Notes under the pieces: generated by a model
Database searches by the model: none
What the model was told of the DNA's origin: nothing
Seen by the model: only the letters and a program-made list of their open reading frames with translations
Shown here: one piece after another, positions 38,967 to 48,076 of the stretch
How the letters are laid out: every line of letters begins with the position of its first letter
How positions within the stretch are numbered: the first letter of the stretch is position 1
Assembly (NCBI GenBank): GCA_038751055.1
Contig: JBCDGS010000007.1
Coordinates: forward strand, 5,612-69,611
DNA: 64,000 bases
Direction of reading: 5' to 3'
From: Pseudomonadota bacterium
GTDB taxonomy: Bacteria > Pseudomonadota > Alphaproteobacteria > Rhodobacterales > Rhodobacteraceae
Made by a program: the position numbers and the translations under genes

Positions 38967-40103
38967 TTATCCGAGCTCCAAGATCGGGGTTCCGAGGACG
39001 CCCGCGTCCGGTGTTATGCCGAGGCCGGGGCCCTCTGGCGGGGCGATGCGCCCGCCTGCTCGGACCGGGCAATCGGGAGCCAGGCGGGGGCCCACATAGC
39101 CCGACAGGTCGCAGGTATTAAGAAGCCGTGACGGCGGCGTGCTGGCCGCGAGGTGGAGGGCAGCGGCGGTGACGATGTCCGAGCCCCAGGTGCATTCCAC
39201 GCACATCTCGACCCCGAGCGTCACGCAGAGGTCGCGGGCGGCCCGGGTTCTGGCGAGCCCGCCGAATTTCGACAGCTTGAGCGCGACGGCATCCATGCAG
39301 CCGGACCCGTGCGCCGCGAGGAGCGTGGCCGTGTCGTGGGCGGTCTCGTCCTGTTTCATGGGCAGCCCCGTAGCCCTCGCGACGCGCGCGCAATCGTCGA
39401 TCGTCGCGCAGGGCTGTTCCAGCATCACGTCGGCATCGGCAACGGCGCGGCCCACGCGGATCGCCTTGAGCGCTGTCGTGCCGCAATTCCAGTCGCCGTA
39501 GACGAGGGGCCCCGGCCCCACCGCTTCGCGCACCTTGCGCAGGCGCTCGATATCCATCTGGGGATCGTCATCGGCGCCAAGCTTGACCTGAAACTGGGTG
39601 ATGCCGGTCGCCTGCGCGTCGCGGGCCATGCGCGCCATTTCGTCCGGGGCAACACAGGTGAGCGAATGGTAGAGCGGCATCGTCTCGGTCTGGCGCCCCC
39701 CCAGAAGCGCAGAGAGCGGCAGCCCCGCCGCCTTCCCAAGAAGGTCAAAGAGCGCGATATCGAGGGCCGACTTGGCATAGCGGTGATCCACGAGATGCGC
39801 ATCGGCCCGCGCCAGAAGCGCCTCGGGCCCCAGCGCATCCGCGCCCAGCAGGACCGGCGCGAGGTCTTCGAGAACCGGCGCGACGCCACCGGCATAGGCG
39901 GGCAAATAGTGCGGGATCGGGCAGACCTCTCCCCAGCCGTCGAGGCCCGTATCGGTGCGCAGGCGGATGACAGAGGTCGTCACGGTTTCGCAGGCCTTGC
40001 CCTCGGCCATGTAATAGGCCTCGTGGCTCGTCAGCGGCACCTGCCAGAGGGTGATCTGCGCGAGGCGTGGCCGGGCTGCGAGGTGGAGGGCGGGTGCATT
40101 CAT
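38967..40103 (-). CDS. Enolase superfamily (MLE subgroup), HpbD / cis-3-hydroxyproline dehydratase-like
   Basis: GWGEVCP, FQVKLG, D-x-N, EQPC, DE, LKLSKFGG, ECTWGSD, PEGPGLG. Confidence 0.82.
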   Translation of the reverse strand: MNAPALHLAARPRLAQITLWQVPLTSHEAYYMAEGKACETVTTSVIRLRTDTGLDGWGEVCPIPHYLPAYAGGVAPVLEDLAPVLLGADALGPEALLARADAHLVDHRYAKSALDIALFDLLGKAAGLPLSALLGGRQTETMPLYHSLTCVAPDEMARMARDAQATGITQFQVKLGADDDPQMDIERLRKVREAVGPGPLVYGDWNCGTTALKAIRVGRAVADADVMLEQPCATIDDCARVARATGLPMKQDETAHDTATLLAAHGSGCMDAVALKLSKFGGLARTRAARDLCVTLGVEMCVECTWGSDIVTAAALHLAASTPPSRLLNTCDLSGYVGPRLAPDCPVRAGGRIAPPEGPGLGITPDAGVLGTPILELG

Positions 40104-41206
40104 AGAGTGTACTCCGCGACGGGGATGAGCGCATCTTCATCGGGGTGGACGCCGAGGCCGGGCGCGTCGGTCAGTTGCAAATGGCCGTTCGTGGCCCGGG
40201 GGCCACGGCCTCCGGAGATCTCGATGGTGATCATGTCCTGACAGCACCAGACGGCGAGGCAATGGGCCTCGGGGATGGTGGAGGCGAGGTGGAGCGCTTC
40301 GGTATCGGCGAGGACAGAGCCGCCGGTGGCCATGACGAACATGTCGATGCCGTGGGCGAGCGCGACGTCCCGCATCCTCGCCGCTTTCGTCAGGCCGCCC
40401 ACGCGGTTGAGCTTGATGCCGAAGACCTCGGCGATGCCATCGCGGGCGATGCGGGTGGCATCCTGGAGGGTGACGAGGGTTTCATCGATGCTCACCGGGG
40501 CGGCGTGGCGGGGTGCGATGGCGGCGATATCGTCGAGCGTCTCGCAGGGCTGTTCGAACATGACGCCGAGGTCCGCGCAGGCCGACATGACCTGCAAGGC
40601 TTGCGGCCGTGTCCAGCCGCGGTTGACGTCATAGAGGATGATGTCGCCGGGGTTCTTGTAGGCCTCGACGTCGCGGATGCGGGCAATGTCGCGCGCCGCA
40701 TCGCCGCCGATCTTGACGGAATGGGCGACATAGCCCCGCGCGCGGTAGCGGTCGATGACGGCGCGGGTGTCCTCGATGCTCTTGGCCCCAACGGAGGACG
40801 CGATGGGAATGGGGCGGTGGTCACGGCTGCCCATGAGATCCGCGATCGGCAGCCCGGCCGCCTGCCCCGCAATGTCCCAGCAAGCCATATCGATGGGGCT
40901 CTTGGCGTAGAGGTGTCCGGGGAGGGCGGTGTCCATGGCCCGTTCCACATCGAGGACGCAGCGCGGGTCGAGCCCGGCGAGGAACGGGGCCATCGTCTCA
41001 ATCCCCGCGCGGATGCCGGGGCCGTGGGCGGGCACATAGGTGTGGCCCCACGGTGTCCCCTCCCCCCAGCCGGTGATCCCCGCGTCCGTCTCGATCTTGA
41101 CGAAGGTGGCATCGAGGCTTTCGAATTTCAGCCGCCCACCGGAGAGCCAGTAGGGGAATTCCAGCGGCAGGTCCGCGCGGAAGACGCTCAGCCGGGCGAT
41201 CTTCAC
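40100..41206 (-). CDS. Enolase superfamily (MLE subgroup), second HpbD-like paralog
   Basis: GWGEGTP, HSVKIGG, DVNRGW, EQPC, IDE, IKLNRVGG, DAPGLG; the GTG at 41206 overlaps the upstream stop codon. Confidence 0.82.
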   Translation of the reverse strand: MKIARLSVFRADLPLEFPYWLSGGRLKFESLDATFVKIETDAGITGWGEGTPWGHTYVPAHGPGIRAGIETMAPFLAGLDPRCVLDVERAMDTALPGHLYAKSPIDMACWDIAGQAAGLPIADLMGSRDHRPIPIASSVGAKSIEDTRAVIDRYRARGYVAHSVKIGGDAARDIARIRDVEAYKNPGDIILYDVNRGWTRPQALQVMSACADLGVMFEQPCETLDDIAAIAPRHAAPVSIDETLVTLQDATRIARDGIAEVFGIKLNRVGGLTKAARMRDVALAHGIDMFVMATGGSVLADTEALHLASTIPEAHCLAVWCCQDMITIEISGGRGPRATNGHLQLTDAPGLGVHPDEDALIPVAEYTL

Positions 41207-42306
41207 GGCACCACCACGATGTTGCCGGTGTGCTTTTTGTCGATGAAGGCCTGTTGGCCCGCGTGGAAGTCTTCGAGGGCGTAGGTGGCCGCGAGCATGG
41301 GTGTCAGTTCCCCCGCTTCGATGTAGCTGACGAGGTTTCGGAAGATGTGGGGCGGGTTCACGGTGGAGCCGAAGAAGCTGAGATCCATGAGGTAGAGGGT
41401 GCGCATGTCGAGGGAGACGATGGGTCCGGCGATGGCGCCCGAGGTGACGTAGCGCCCGCCACGGTCGAGCGCGTCGATGAGCCTGGGAAAGTAGTCGCCC
41501 GCGACGATGTCGGCGACGACGGTGACGTGGGGGCGTCCGAGGGCGCTTTGGAGGCCGGCGGGCAGATCGGGCGGCGCGCGGTCGAGGATGGCGTCGGGGC
41601 CGCATGTCGCGACGTCCGCGTGCTTGGCGGGCGAGGCCAGCGCGACGACGCGCGCGCCGCGCCGCTTGGCAAGCTGGATCAGCGCCCCGCCCACGCCCCC
41701 GGACGCGCCCGTGACGAGGACCGTGTCGGCCCCGCTGACGGAAGCCTTGTCGAGCATGCCTTCAGCGGTGGCGTAGGAGCAGGAAAACGTCGCGAGCTCC
41801 GCGTCTGAGAGCGGGCTTTCGATGGCGGCCACGTTGCGGTGGTCGATGACGCAGTATTCCGCGAAACCGCCATCGGCCTCGGACCCGAAATAGCCGGTCT
41901 TCGACATGTCGAGCGGGTCGTCCCAGTCGCGCAGCCAATTGTCGGTGATGACGCGTTTGCCGATGAGGCCTTGATCTGCGTCCGCTCCCGCCGCCACGAC
42001 ATGGCCGCAGACATCGGCGCCCTGGATGCGCGGAAACTGGATGCCCGCGCCGCCCCAGGTGTTGTCCTGTGTCCCATCAAGGCCCGCGTAGGCGTCGCCG
42101 GTCGTGGCCTCCGTCACGGATTTGGAGTACCAGCCCGCGCGCGTATTGACGTCGGTGTTGTTCATCCCCGTGGCCGCGACCTTGATGAGGACCTGCGTCG
42201 GGCCGGGCGTGGGCACCGGCCATGCGGCCTCAAAGTCCAGCGCGTCGAGCCCGCCATGGCGCTTTAGGACCACGGCGCGCATGGTCTTTGGAACCTGCGG
42301 GATCAT
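41203..42306 (-). CDS. MDR family (quinone reductase / alcohol dehydrogenase-like) oxidoreductase
   Basis: NNTDVNTRAGWY, IQGADVCG, VTGASGGVG. Confidence 0.85.
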   Translation of the reverse strand: MIPQVPKTMRAVVLKRHGGLDALDFEAAWPVPTPGPTQVLIKVAATGMNNTDVNTRAGWYSKSVTEATTGDAYAGLDGTQDNTWGGAGIQFPRIQGADVCGHVVAAGADADQGLIGKRVITDNWLRDWDDPLDMSKTGYFGSEADGGFAEYCVIDHRNVAAIESPLSDAELATFSCSYATAEGMLDKASVSGADTVLVTGASGGVGGALIQLAKRRGARVVALASPAKHADVATCGPDAILDRAPPDLPAGLQSALGRPHVTVVADIVAGDYFPRLIDALDRGGRYVTSGAIAGPIVSLDMRTLYLMDLSFFGSTVNPPHIFRNLVSYIEAGELTPMLAATYALEDFHAGQQAFIDKKHTGNIVVVP

Positions 42307-44738
42307 TCGGCGGGCTCCATCACCACGTCGCTGCGGGGCAGGAGGGAGGCCGGATCATAGGCGGGCTCTGCCAGCACCTTGGCGGCGCGGGGCGCGCCTG
42401 CGATCACCACCTCGAGGACCGTCCCCGGGGTCGCGGCGTGGGGCTTGAGGTAGGCGAAGGCGAGGATCTTGCCCACGCTGGGCCCGTAGGCAACGGAGGC
42501 GGTGGAGCCGACGACATCGCCGTTTAGCACCACCGCCTCGCCACCGTGGCCGTCGTCATGGCCGTCAGGCTCTATCTCGAGATAGGCGCAGAGCCAGCGG
42601 GGTTCCGTGAGTGTGGCATCCCGGCCGAGGAAGTCCTTCTCCGGCTTGACGAAGCGCATGACGTCAGCCTCGGGCAAGGTGACTTCATTGGTGAGTTCCG
42701 AGGCCCCTTTGAAGCCTTTCTCCATCCGCATGGCATTCATGGCGAAGGAGCCGTAATCGGTGAGGCCCATGCCCTCCCCCGCAGCCCAGAGCGCCTCATA
42801 GACCGCCAGCGCCGCGTCGCGCGGGATGTGGAATTCCCACCCCAATTCGCCCGCATAGGACATCCGGAGGGCGAGGACCTCGTGACCGGCGATCCGGATC
42901 TGCTGCGCGGTGAGCCAGCGGAAGCCTGCATTCGACAGGTCCGCATCGGTGCATTTGGCGAGGATGTCGCGGGCGCGGGGGCCGTTCAGGGTGAGGGCGG
43001 ACCAGGCCTCTGACAGGACCTCGATCTGGGTGGCGCCGTGTTTGTGGAGATGGTCCACGAGACGTTGTTCGAAGAAGGCCGCGCAGACGAGGAAATAGTC
43101 GCCCTCGCCCAGTCTGATCACCGTCGTCTCAAGCTCGATCCGGCCGGCCTCGCCCAGCATATGGGTCAACGCGATGCCGCCGTCCTTCGATGGCAGCTTG
43201 TTGGCGGTGAGGCGGTCCAGAACGGCCTCGGCCGTGGGGCCGGTGACGCGGACCTTGGTGAAGGCGGAGATATCCATGATCCCCGCCGCTTCGCGCACGG
43301 CCCTCACCTCACGGACGATCATGTCGTGGACGGGCGTGCGGCCAAAGCCGTAATGGTCACGCTGTTCGATCCCCTTGGCGAAGAAGCGGGGGCGTTCGTG
43401 GCCGAAGACCTCTTCATGCACCGCGCCCTTCGCTTTCAGGCGGTCATAGAGCGGCGAGGGCTTTACCGGGCGCCCCGCCAGGCGGTTGAAATGCGGGAAG
43501 GGGATCTCGTGGCGCAGGCAGTAATCTTCCTTGGCCTTCACCACCTGCCAGTCCTTCGAGGCATAGGGCCCGAAGCGGCGCGGATCGTAGTCCCGCATGG
43601 AGATGTCGGCGGCCCCGTGGACCATCCAGCGCGCCAGTTCCCGCGTGAGGCCCGGGCCCCAGCCGATGCCGATCTGCGTGCCGCAGCAGCACCAGTAGTT
43701 CTGCACGCCCGGGGCCGGTCCGATGAGGGGGTTTCCGTCCGGCGGATGCGAAATCGCCCCGTGGACGTCGCGGGAGATCCCTAGATCCGCGAAGATCGGC
43801 ATGCGGTTCAACGATTCTTCGAGGTAGGGCATGATCCGGTCGTAATCGGCCTCGAACAGCCAGTTCTCGTAATCCCACGGGCAGTGGTCGAGCCAGACGG
43901 CGTTGGGGTTCTCTTTCTCGTAGATGCCGATGAGGCCGCGCTTTTGCTCCATCCGGATGTAGCCGGATACCTTGCGGTCGTCGCGGATCACGGGGAGTTC
44001 GGTGTCGAGGTCGGCGAATTCGGGCACCGGGTCCGTGACGAAGTAGTGGTGCGTCATGGAGGTCATGGGGAGCTGAAGTCCCGACCATTCCCCCATCTGG
44101 CGGGCATAGGTGCCGCCCGCATTCACCACATGCTCGCAGGTGATCGTCCGCTTCTCGGTCTCCACGACCCATTCGCCGGTGTCTTTCTGGGTGATGTTCG
44201 TGGACCGGCAGCGGCGGATGATGCGCGCGCCCTTCGCCCGGGCCCCGGCGGCCATGGCCATGGTGACGTTCGTGGGGTCCACGTGGCCGTCATGGGGCGT
44301 GTGGAGCGCGCCGATGACGCCGTCGAGGTTGTAGAACGGGTGCAGCTCCCGGATGCGGTCGGGCCCCACGAGTTCGATCGTGAACCCGAGCGAGCGCGCG
44401 ACGGAGAGCGTGTGGCGCAGCCAGTCCATCTCGTCCTCGGTATAGGCCAGACGGAAGGAGCCGCAGCCGTGCCAGGTGACCGCCTGCCCGGTCTCGGCCT
44501 CGAGCGCGCCCGAATAGAGCCCGATGTTGTAGTCCACGCATTTGCCCAGGCTGAAGGACGAGGTGGAGTGCGTGATCTGCCCGGCCGCGTGCCAGGTGGA
44601 GCCGCTCGTCAGCTCCCCCTTTTCGAGCAGCACCACGTCCGGGCCCCAGCCCTCATGGGCCAAATGGTAGGCGAGACCGACGCCCATGACGCCCCCTCCG
44701 ACGATGACGACGCGGGCGTGGGTGGGGAGATCGGCCAT
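42303..44738 (-). CDS. GcvT-family FAD-dependent oxidoreductase (dimethylglycine/sarcosine dehydrogenase-like)
   Basis: IVGGGVMG, LTSGSTWHAAG, GHVDP, C-terminal folate-binding domain RMSYAGELGWE, MRMEKG; AGGAGG RBS. Confidence 0.9.
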   Translation of the reverse strand: MADLPTHARVVIVGGGVMGVGLAYHLAHEGWGPDVVLLEKGELTSGSTWHAAGQITHSTSSFSLGKCVDYNIGLYSGALEAETGQAVTWHGCGSFRLAYTEDEMDWLRHTLSVARSLGFTIELVGPDRIRELHPFYNLDGVIGALHTPHDGHVDPTNVTMAMAAGARAKGARIIRRCRSTNITQKDTGEWVVETEKRTITCEHVVNAGGTYARQMGEWSGLQLPMTSMTHHYFVTDPVPEFADLDTELPVIRDDRKVSGYIRMEQKRGLIGIYEKENPNAVWLDHCPWDYENWLFEADYDRIMPYLEESLNRMPIFADLGISRDVHGAISHPPDGNPLIGPAPGVQNYWCCCGTQIGIGWGPGLTRELARWMVHGAADISMRDYDPRRFGPYASKDWQVVKAKEDYCLRHEIPFPHFNRLAGRPVKPSPLYDRLKAKGAVHEEVFGHERPRFFAKGIEQRDHYGFGRTPVHDMIVREVRAVREAAGIMDISAFTKVRVTGPTAEAVLDRLTANKLPSKDGGIALTHMLGEAGRIELETTVIRLGEGDYFLVCAAFFEQRLVDHLHKHGATQIEVLSEAWSALTLNGPRARDILAKCTDADLSNAGFRWLTAQQIRIAGHEVLALRMSYAGELGWEFHIPRDAALAVYEALWAAGEGMGLTDYGSFAMNAMRMEKGFKGASELTNEVTLPEADVMRFVKPEKDFLGRDATLTEPRWLCAYLEIEPDGHDDGHGGEAVVLNGDVVGSTASVAYGPSVGKILAFAYLKPHAATPGTVLEVVIAGAPRAAKVLAEPAYDPASLLPRSDVVMEPAE

Positions 44739-44810
44739 GACTGCCTCCTTGAGGGTCCTTTGGGGGGTTCCACTAGACAGGGGTAGAGAACGAATGTTAC
44801 GTAGTCAATC

Positions 44811-45689
44811 ATGAATGACACATCTGTTTCACCCACTTTGGACCGGATCGCCGACGCGCTGCCGGAGCTGCAGGGCAAGGCGCGCAAGGCCGCGACCTAT
44901 GTGCTGGAGAACCCCGACGCGGTTGGACTTTCTACCGTGCGCGAGCTCGCCAAGGCGGCGGATGTCTCCACGTCCGCGGTCATGCGCATGGCGCAGAAGG
45001 TGGGATTTGAGGGCTATGACGAGCTGCGCGCGCCGTTTCGCGAGGCCTTGCGCGCAGGCGCGGCGAGCTTTCCGGACCGCGCGCGGTGGCTTCAGGGGCT
45101 TGGGGCTTCAGGCGACCTCGGGCCGCTTTACAAGGACATCGTGGGGACCACGCTTTCGAATGTGGAAGAGACCTTCGCGGGGATCGACGCGGGTGCGTTG
45201 CAGGCAGCGGGCAAGAGCATCTGGGACGCGCGCCATGTCTACACGCTGGGGGTGGGCATCAACCACGCCAACGCGCAGAACTTTACCGCCCTGGCCGCCA
45301 CCGGCATGACGGATTTCAATGCGATCCCCCGGGCGGGCTCTGCACCCACCGACGATCTGGCCTTCGCGGATGACCGCGACGTTCTCATTGCGATCACGAT
45401 GAAGCCCTACCGGCAGGAAGTGCTTGAGGCCGTGGAGGTCGCGCGCGAGCAGGGCATGAAGACCATCGGGATCAGCGATTCCCCGGCCTCGCCCCTCATC
45501 CTCGGGGCCACGCACGGCTTTGTCGTGCGCTGCGAGAGCCCGCAATTCTTCCCCTCCTCCGTGGCGACCATCGCGCTTTTGGAAACGCTTTTGTCGTTTG
45601 TGATCGCGCAGGCCTCCCCCGAGATCGTGCAGCGTGTGGAGAAATTCCACGCCCGCCGACACCGGCTAGGCATCTACGGGGGGGAGTGA
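44811..45689 (+). CDS. MurR/RpiR family transcriptional regulator
   Basis: STVRELAKAADVSTSAVMRMAQKVGFEGYDEL HTH plus SIS domain (ISDSPASPL). Confidence 0.88.
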   Translation: MNDTSVSPTLDRIADALPELQGKARKAATYVLENPDAVGLSTVRELAKAADVSTSAVMRMAQKVGFEGYDELRAPFREALRAGAASFPDRARWLQGLGASGDLGPLYKDIVGTTLSNVEETFAGIDAGALQAAGKSIWDARHVYTLGVGINHANAQNFTALAATGMTDFNAIPRAGSAPTDDLAFADDRDVLIAITMKPYRQEVLEAVEVAREQGMKTIGISDSPASPLILGATHGFVVRCESPQFFPSSVATIALLETLLSFVIAQASPEIVQRVEKFHARRHRLGIYGGE

Positions 45690-46768
45690 TGGCAGCACCG
45701 ATCAGATCGCTGGACGCGCGGTTCTACACCGACCCGGCCATCTTCGCGCAGGAGCAGGAGGGCCTTTTCGCGCGGACCTGGCAATTCGCCTGCCATGCGA
45801 GCGCCTTGGCCAGGGCCGGTGACTACCACGCGTTCGAGCTGGCGGGCGAAGGCCTTTTTGCGATCCGGGGTAAGGATGGCGTCATTCGCACGTTCTACAA
45901 CGTGTGCCAGCACCGCGCGCACCGGCTGGTGGAGGGGGCGGGCAACACGCGCGTCATCACCTGCCCCTACCACACCTGGACCTACACGTTTGAGGGCAGG
46001 CTGCGGAACGGGCCGAACATCAAGGCGGTGGAGGGTTTCGACAAGTCCGGGATCTGCCTGACGGAGGTCCGCACCGAGGTTTTCCTTGGCTTCGTCTTCG
46101 TCAACCTCGACCCCGACGCCGCCCCGATGGATGAGTGGTTCCCGAATGCCCGGGCCGAGCTTGAGGGTTGGGTGCCGCAATACCGGGAGCTCGCGCCGCT
46201 CGACTGGGTGGAAATCCCGGAGAACTGCAACTGGAAGGTCAGCGTGGAGAACTACTCCGAGTGCTATCACTGCGCGATCAACCACCCGACATTCTCGACC
46301 GGCGTGGTGCGGCCCGAGACCTATGACATCCAGCCCCAGGGCTACTGCCTGCGCCACACGACGGAGTGCCAGAACCTCGACGCGATGACCTATGACATCC
46401 AGTCGGGGTTTGCGAACCACGATCAGTATTCAAGCTGGTTCCTGTGGCCCACGTTCAGCTTTCAGGTCTATCCGGGCAATGTCCTTAACACCTATCACTG
46501 GCGCGCCCATGACGAGGGTCACGTCACCGTCTGGCGCGGCTGGTACACCCCCGGCGGTGCCGAGAGCGAGACGATCCGCCAGCTTGCCCTTCAGGACCGC
46601 GAGACCACGGTGGCGGAGGACATCACGCTGGTGGAGAGCGTTCAGAAGGGCCTGAGATCGCGAGGGTACCGGCCCGGTCCCCTCGTCATAGATCCCGATT
46701 GCGGGGTCATGAGCGAGCATTCGGTGATGCACCTTCAGCGCTGGATGCGGGAGGCCATCGAGGCGTGA
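45689..46768 (+). CDS. Rieske non-heme iron oxygenase alpha subunit (choline/carnitine/betaine monooxygenase-like)
   Basis: NVCQHRAH...CPYHTW Rieske motif; NWKVSVENYSECYHCAINH; EDITLVESVQKGL. Confidence 0.88.
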   Translation: MAAPIRSLDARFYTDPAIFAQEQEGLFARTWQFACHASALARAGDYHAFELAGEGLFAIRGKDGVIRTFYNVCQHRAHRLVEGAGNTRVITCPYHTWTYTFEGRLRNGPNIKAVEGFDKSGICLTEVRTEVFLGFVFVNLDPDAAPMDEWFPNARAELEGWVPQYRELAPLDWVEIPENCNWKVSVENYSECYHCAINHPTFSTGVVRPETYDIQPQGYCLRHTTECQNLDAMTYDIQSGFANHDQYSSWFLWPTFSFQVYPGNVLNTYHWRAHDEGHVTVWRGWYTPGGAESETIRQLALQDRETTVAEDITLVESVQKGLRSRGYRPGPLVIDPDCGVMSEHSVMHLQRWMREAIEA

Positions 46769-46771
46769 GCG

Positions 46772-47035
46772 CTACTTTCGACGGAACCGCGCATAGGCCC
46801 GCTGGATCCAGAGGCCCGCAAGGATCAGCAGCATGACGCACAGGGTGAACGCGGCCATCAGAAAGAGCCGCCCGGCGACGAGGGTGAGCCTCGTGCCCTC
46901 GGTCCGCAGAAAGTATGCGCCTGTGTCCTGTCCGGGGGGGATGACCTCGACGACCTCCACGTCGCCCACGAGGATGCGGGTCGCTATCATCACGAGGACA
47001 CAGCCCAGGGCAAGGAGGAGCACGCGCCGTTCCAT
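46772..47035 (-). CDS. Putative 87-aa two-TM membrane protein, antisense within the operon
   Basis: MERRVLLLALGCVLVMIA...LFLMAAFTLCVMLLILAGLWIQRAYARFRRK; fills almost the whole gap between two + strand genes. Confidence 0.5.
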   Translation of the reverse strand: MERRVLLLALGCVLVMIATRILVGDVEVVEVIPPGQDTGAYFLRTEGTRLTLVAGRLFLMAAFTLCVMLLILAGLWIQRAYARFRRK

Positions 47036-47050
47036 GGTGGTGATCCAACC

Positions 47051-48076
47051 ATGAAAGCCCTGGTGATGGAACGGCCGCGGGCGGATCTTGCGCTCGCGGA
47101 GTGGGACGATCCCGTATGCGAGGACGGCGGGGTGGTGATCGATGTGGGGGCCTGCGGCGTGTGCCGGTCCGACCACCATAGCTGGACGGGCGCCGATCCG
47201 ACGCCCCTGCCCCACATCATGGGCCATGAATTCGCGGGCACGGTCGTCGAAAGCCGATCTGGCATCGCCGTGGGCCAGCGGATCACGGCGCCCTTCATTC
47301 TGGGCTGCGGCGCCTGCGAGGAGTGCCGCGCGGGGCAGCCCACGATCTGCGCCACGCAATACTGCCCCGGCTTCCATGGGCCAGGCGCCTTTGCCGAGCG
47401 TCTGGCCATCCGGGCAGCAGATTTCAACGCAGTAGCGCTGCCCGACGCCGTTCCCTTCGAGATCGCCGCCGCCATGGGCTGCCGGGTCACGACGGCCTGG
47501 CGTGCCCTCGTGGATCGCGCGGTGCTGCAAGAGGGCGAATGGGTCGCGATCCATGGCTGCGGCGGCGTGGGGCTGTCTGCCTTGCTCATCGCGCGCGCTT
47601 TGGGGGCGCGGGTGATCGGGATCGACCCCAGCGACGCCGCGCGCGCGCTGGCGCAGGCCCTGGGGGCTGACGTTGTCCTCGACGCGGGGCAATTGGACGA
47701 ATTGCACGAGATCACCGGCGGCGGCGCCCATGTGGCGCTGGACGCGCTGGGGATCGCGGCGACGTTTGAGGCCTCGCTGCGCTCGCTCAGAAAGCTGGGG
47801 CGGCAGGTGCAGGTGGGGATGCCCACGGGCCCCTCGGAGACGGTGCGCCTGCCCCTTCTCGAACTCGTATACGCGCGCCAGCTGTCGCTGCACGGGATGC
47901 GGGGGCTCGGTGCCGGGGGCTTCACGCCACTTCTGGAGCTTATCGAGGCCGGCAAGCTCGACCTCGCGCCCCTCATCGCGGGGCGCATTGGGCTGGGCGA
48001 GGTGCAGGGTATCTTCGAGCAGATGGACAGCTATGCCGTCACGGGCGTCCACGTGGTGACGGATTTCACGCGATGA
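47051..48076 (+). CDS. Zinc-dependent alcohol dehydrogenase
   Basis: GVCRSDHH, GHEFAG, CGACEEC...C structural Zn site, HGCGGVG. Confidence 0.9.
   Translation: MKALVMERPRADLALAEWDDPVCEDGGVVIDVGACGVCRSDHHSWTGADPTPLPHIMGHEFAGTVVESRSGIAVGQRITAPFILGCGACEECRAGQPTICATQYCPGFHGPGAFAERLAIRAADFNAVALPDAVPFEIAAAMGCRVTTAWRALVDRAVLQEGEWVAIHGCGGVGLSALLIARALGARVIGIDPSDAARALAQALGADVVLDAGQLDELHEITGGGAHVALDALGIAATFEASLRSLRKLGRQVQVGMPTGPSETVRLPLLELVYARQLSLHGMRGLGAGGFTPLLELIEAGKLDLAPLIAGRIGLGEVQGIFEQMDSYAVTGVHVVTDFTR

Noticed and set aside
5945-48052. Apparent long N-terminal extensions in the ORF track (5945..7168, 18807..19442, 24447..25616, 33269..36988, 40100..41605, 46772..48052)
   Set aside because: The extensions overlap neighbouring real genes. 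Downstream starts with an RBS or stop/start coupling fit the family N-termini, so these are not fusions.
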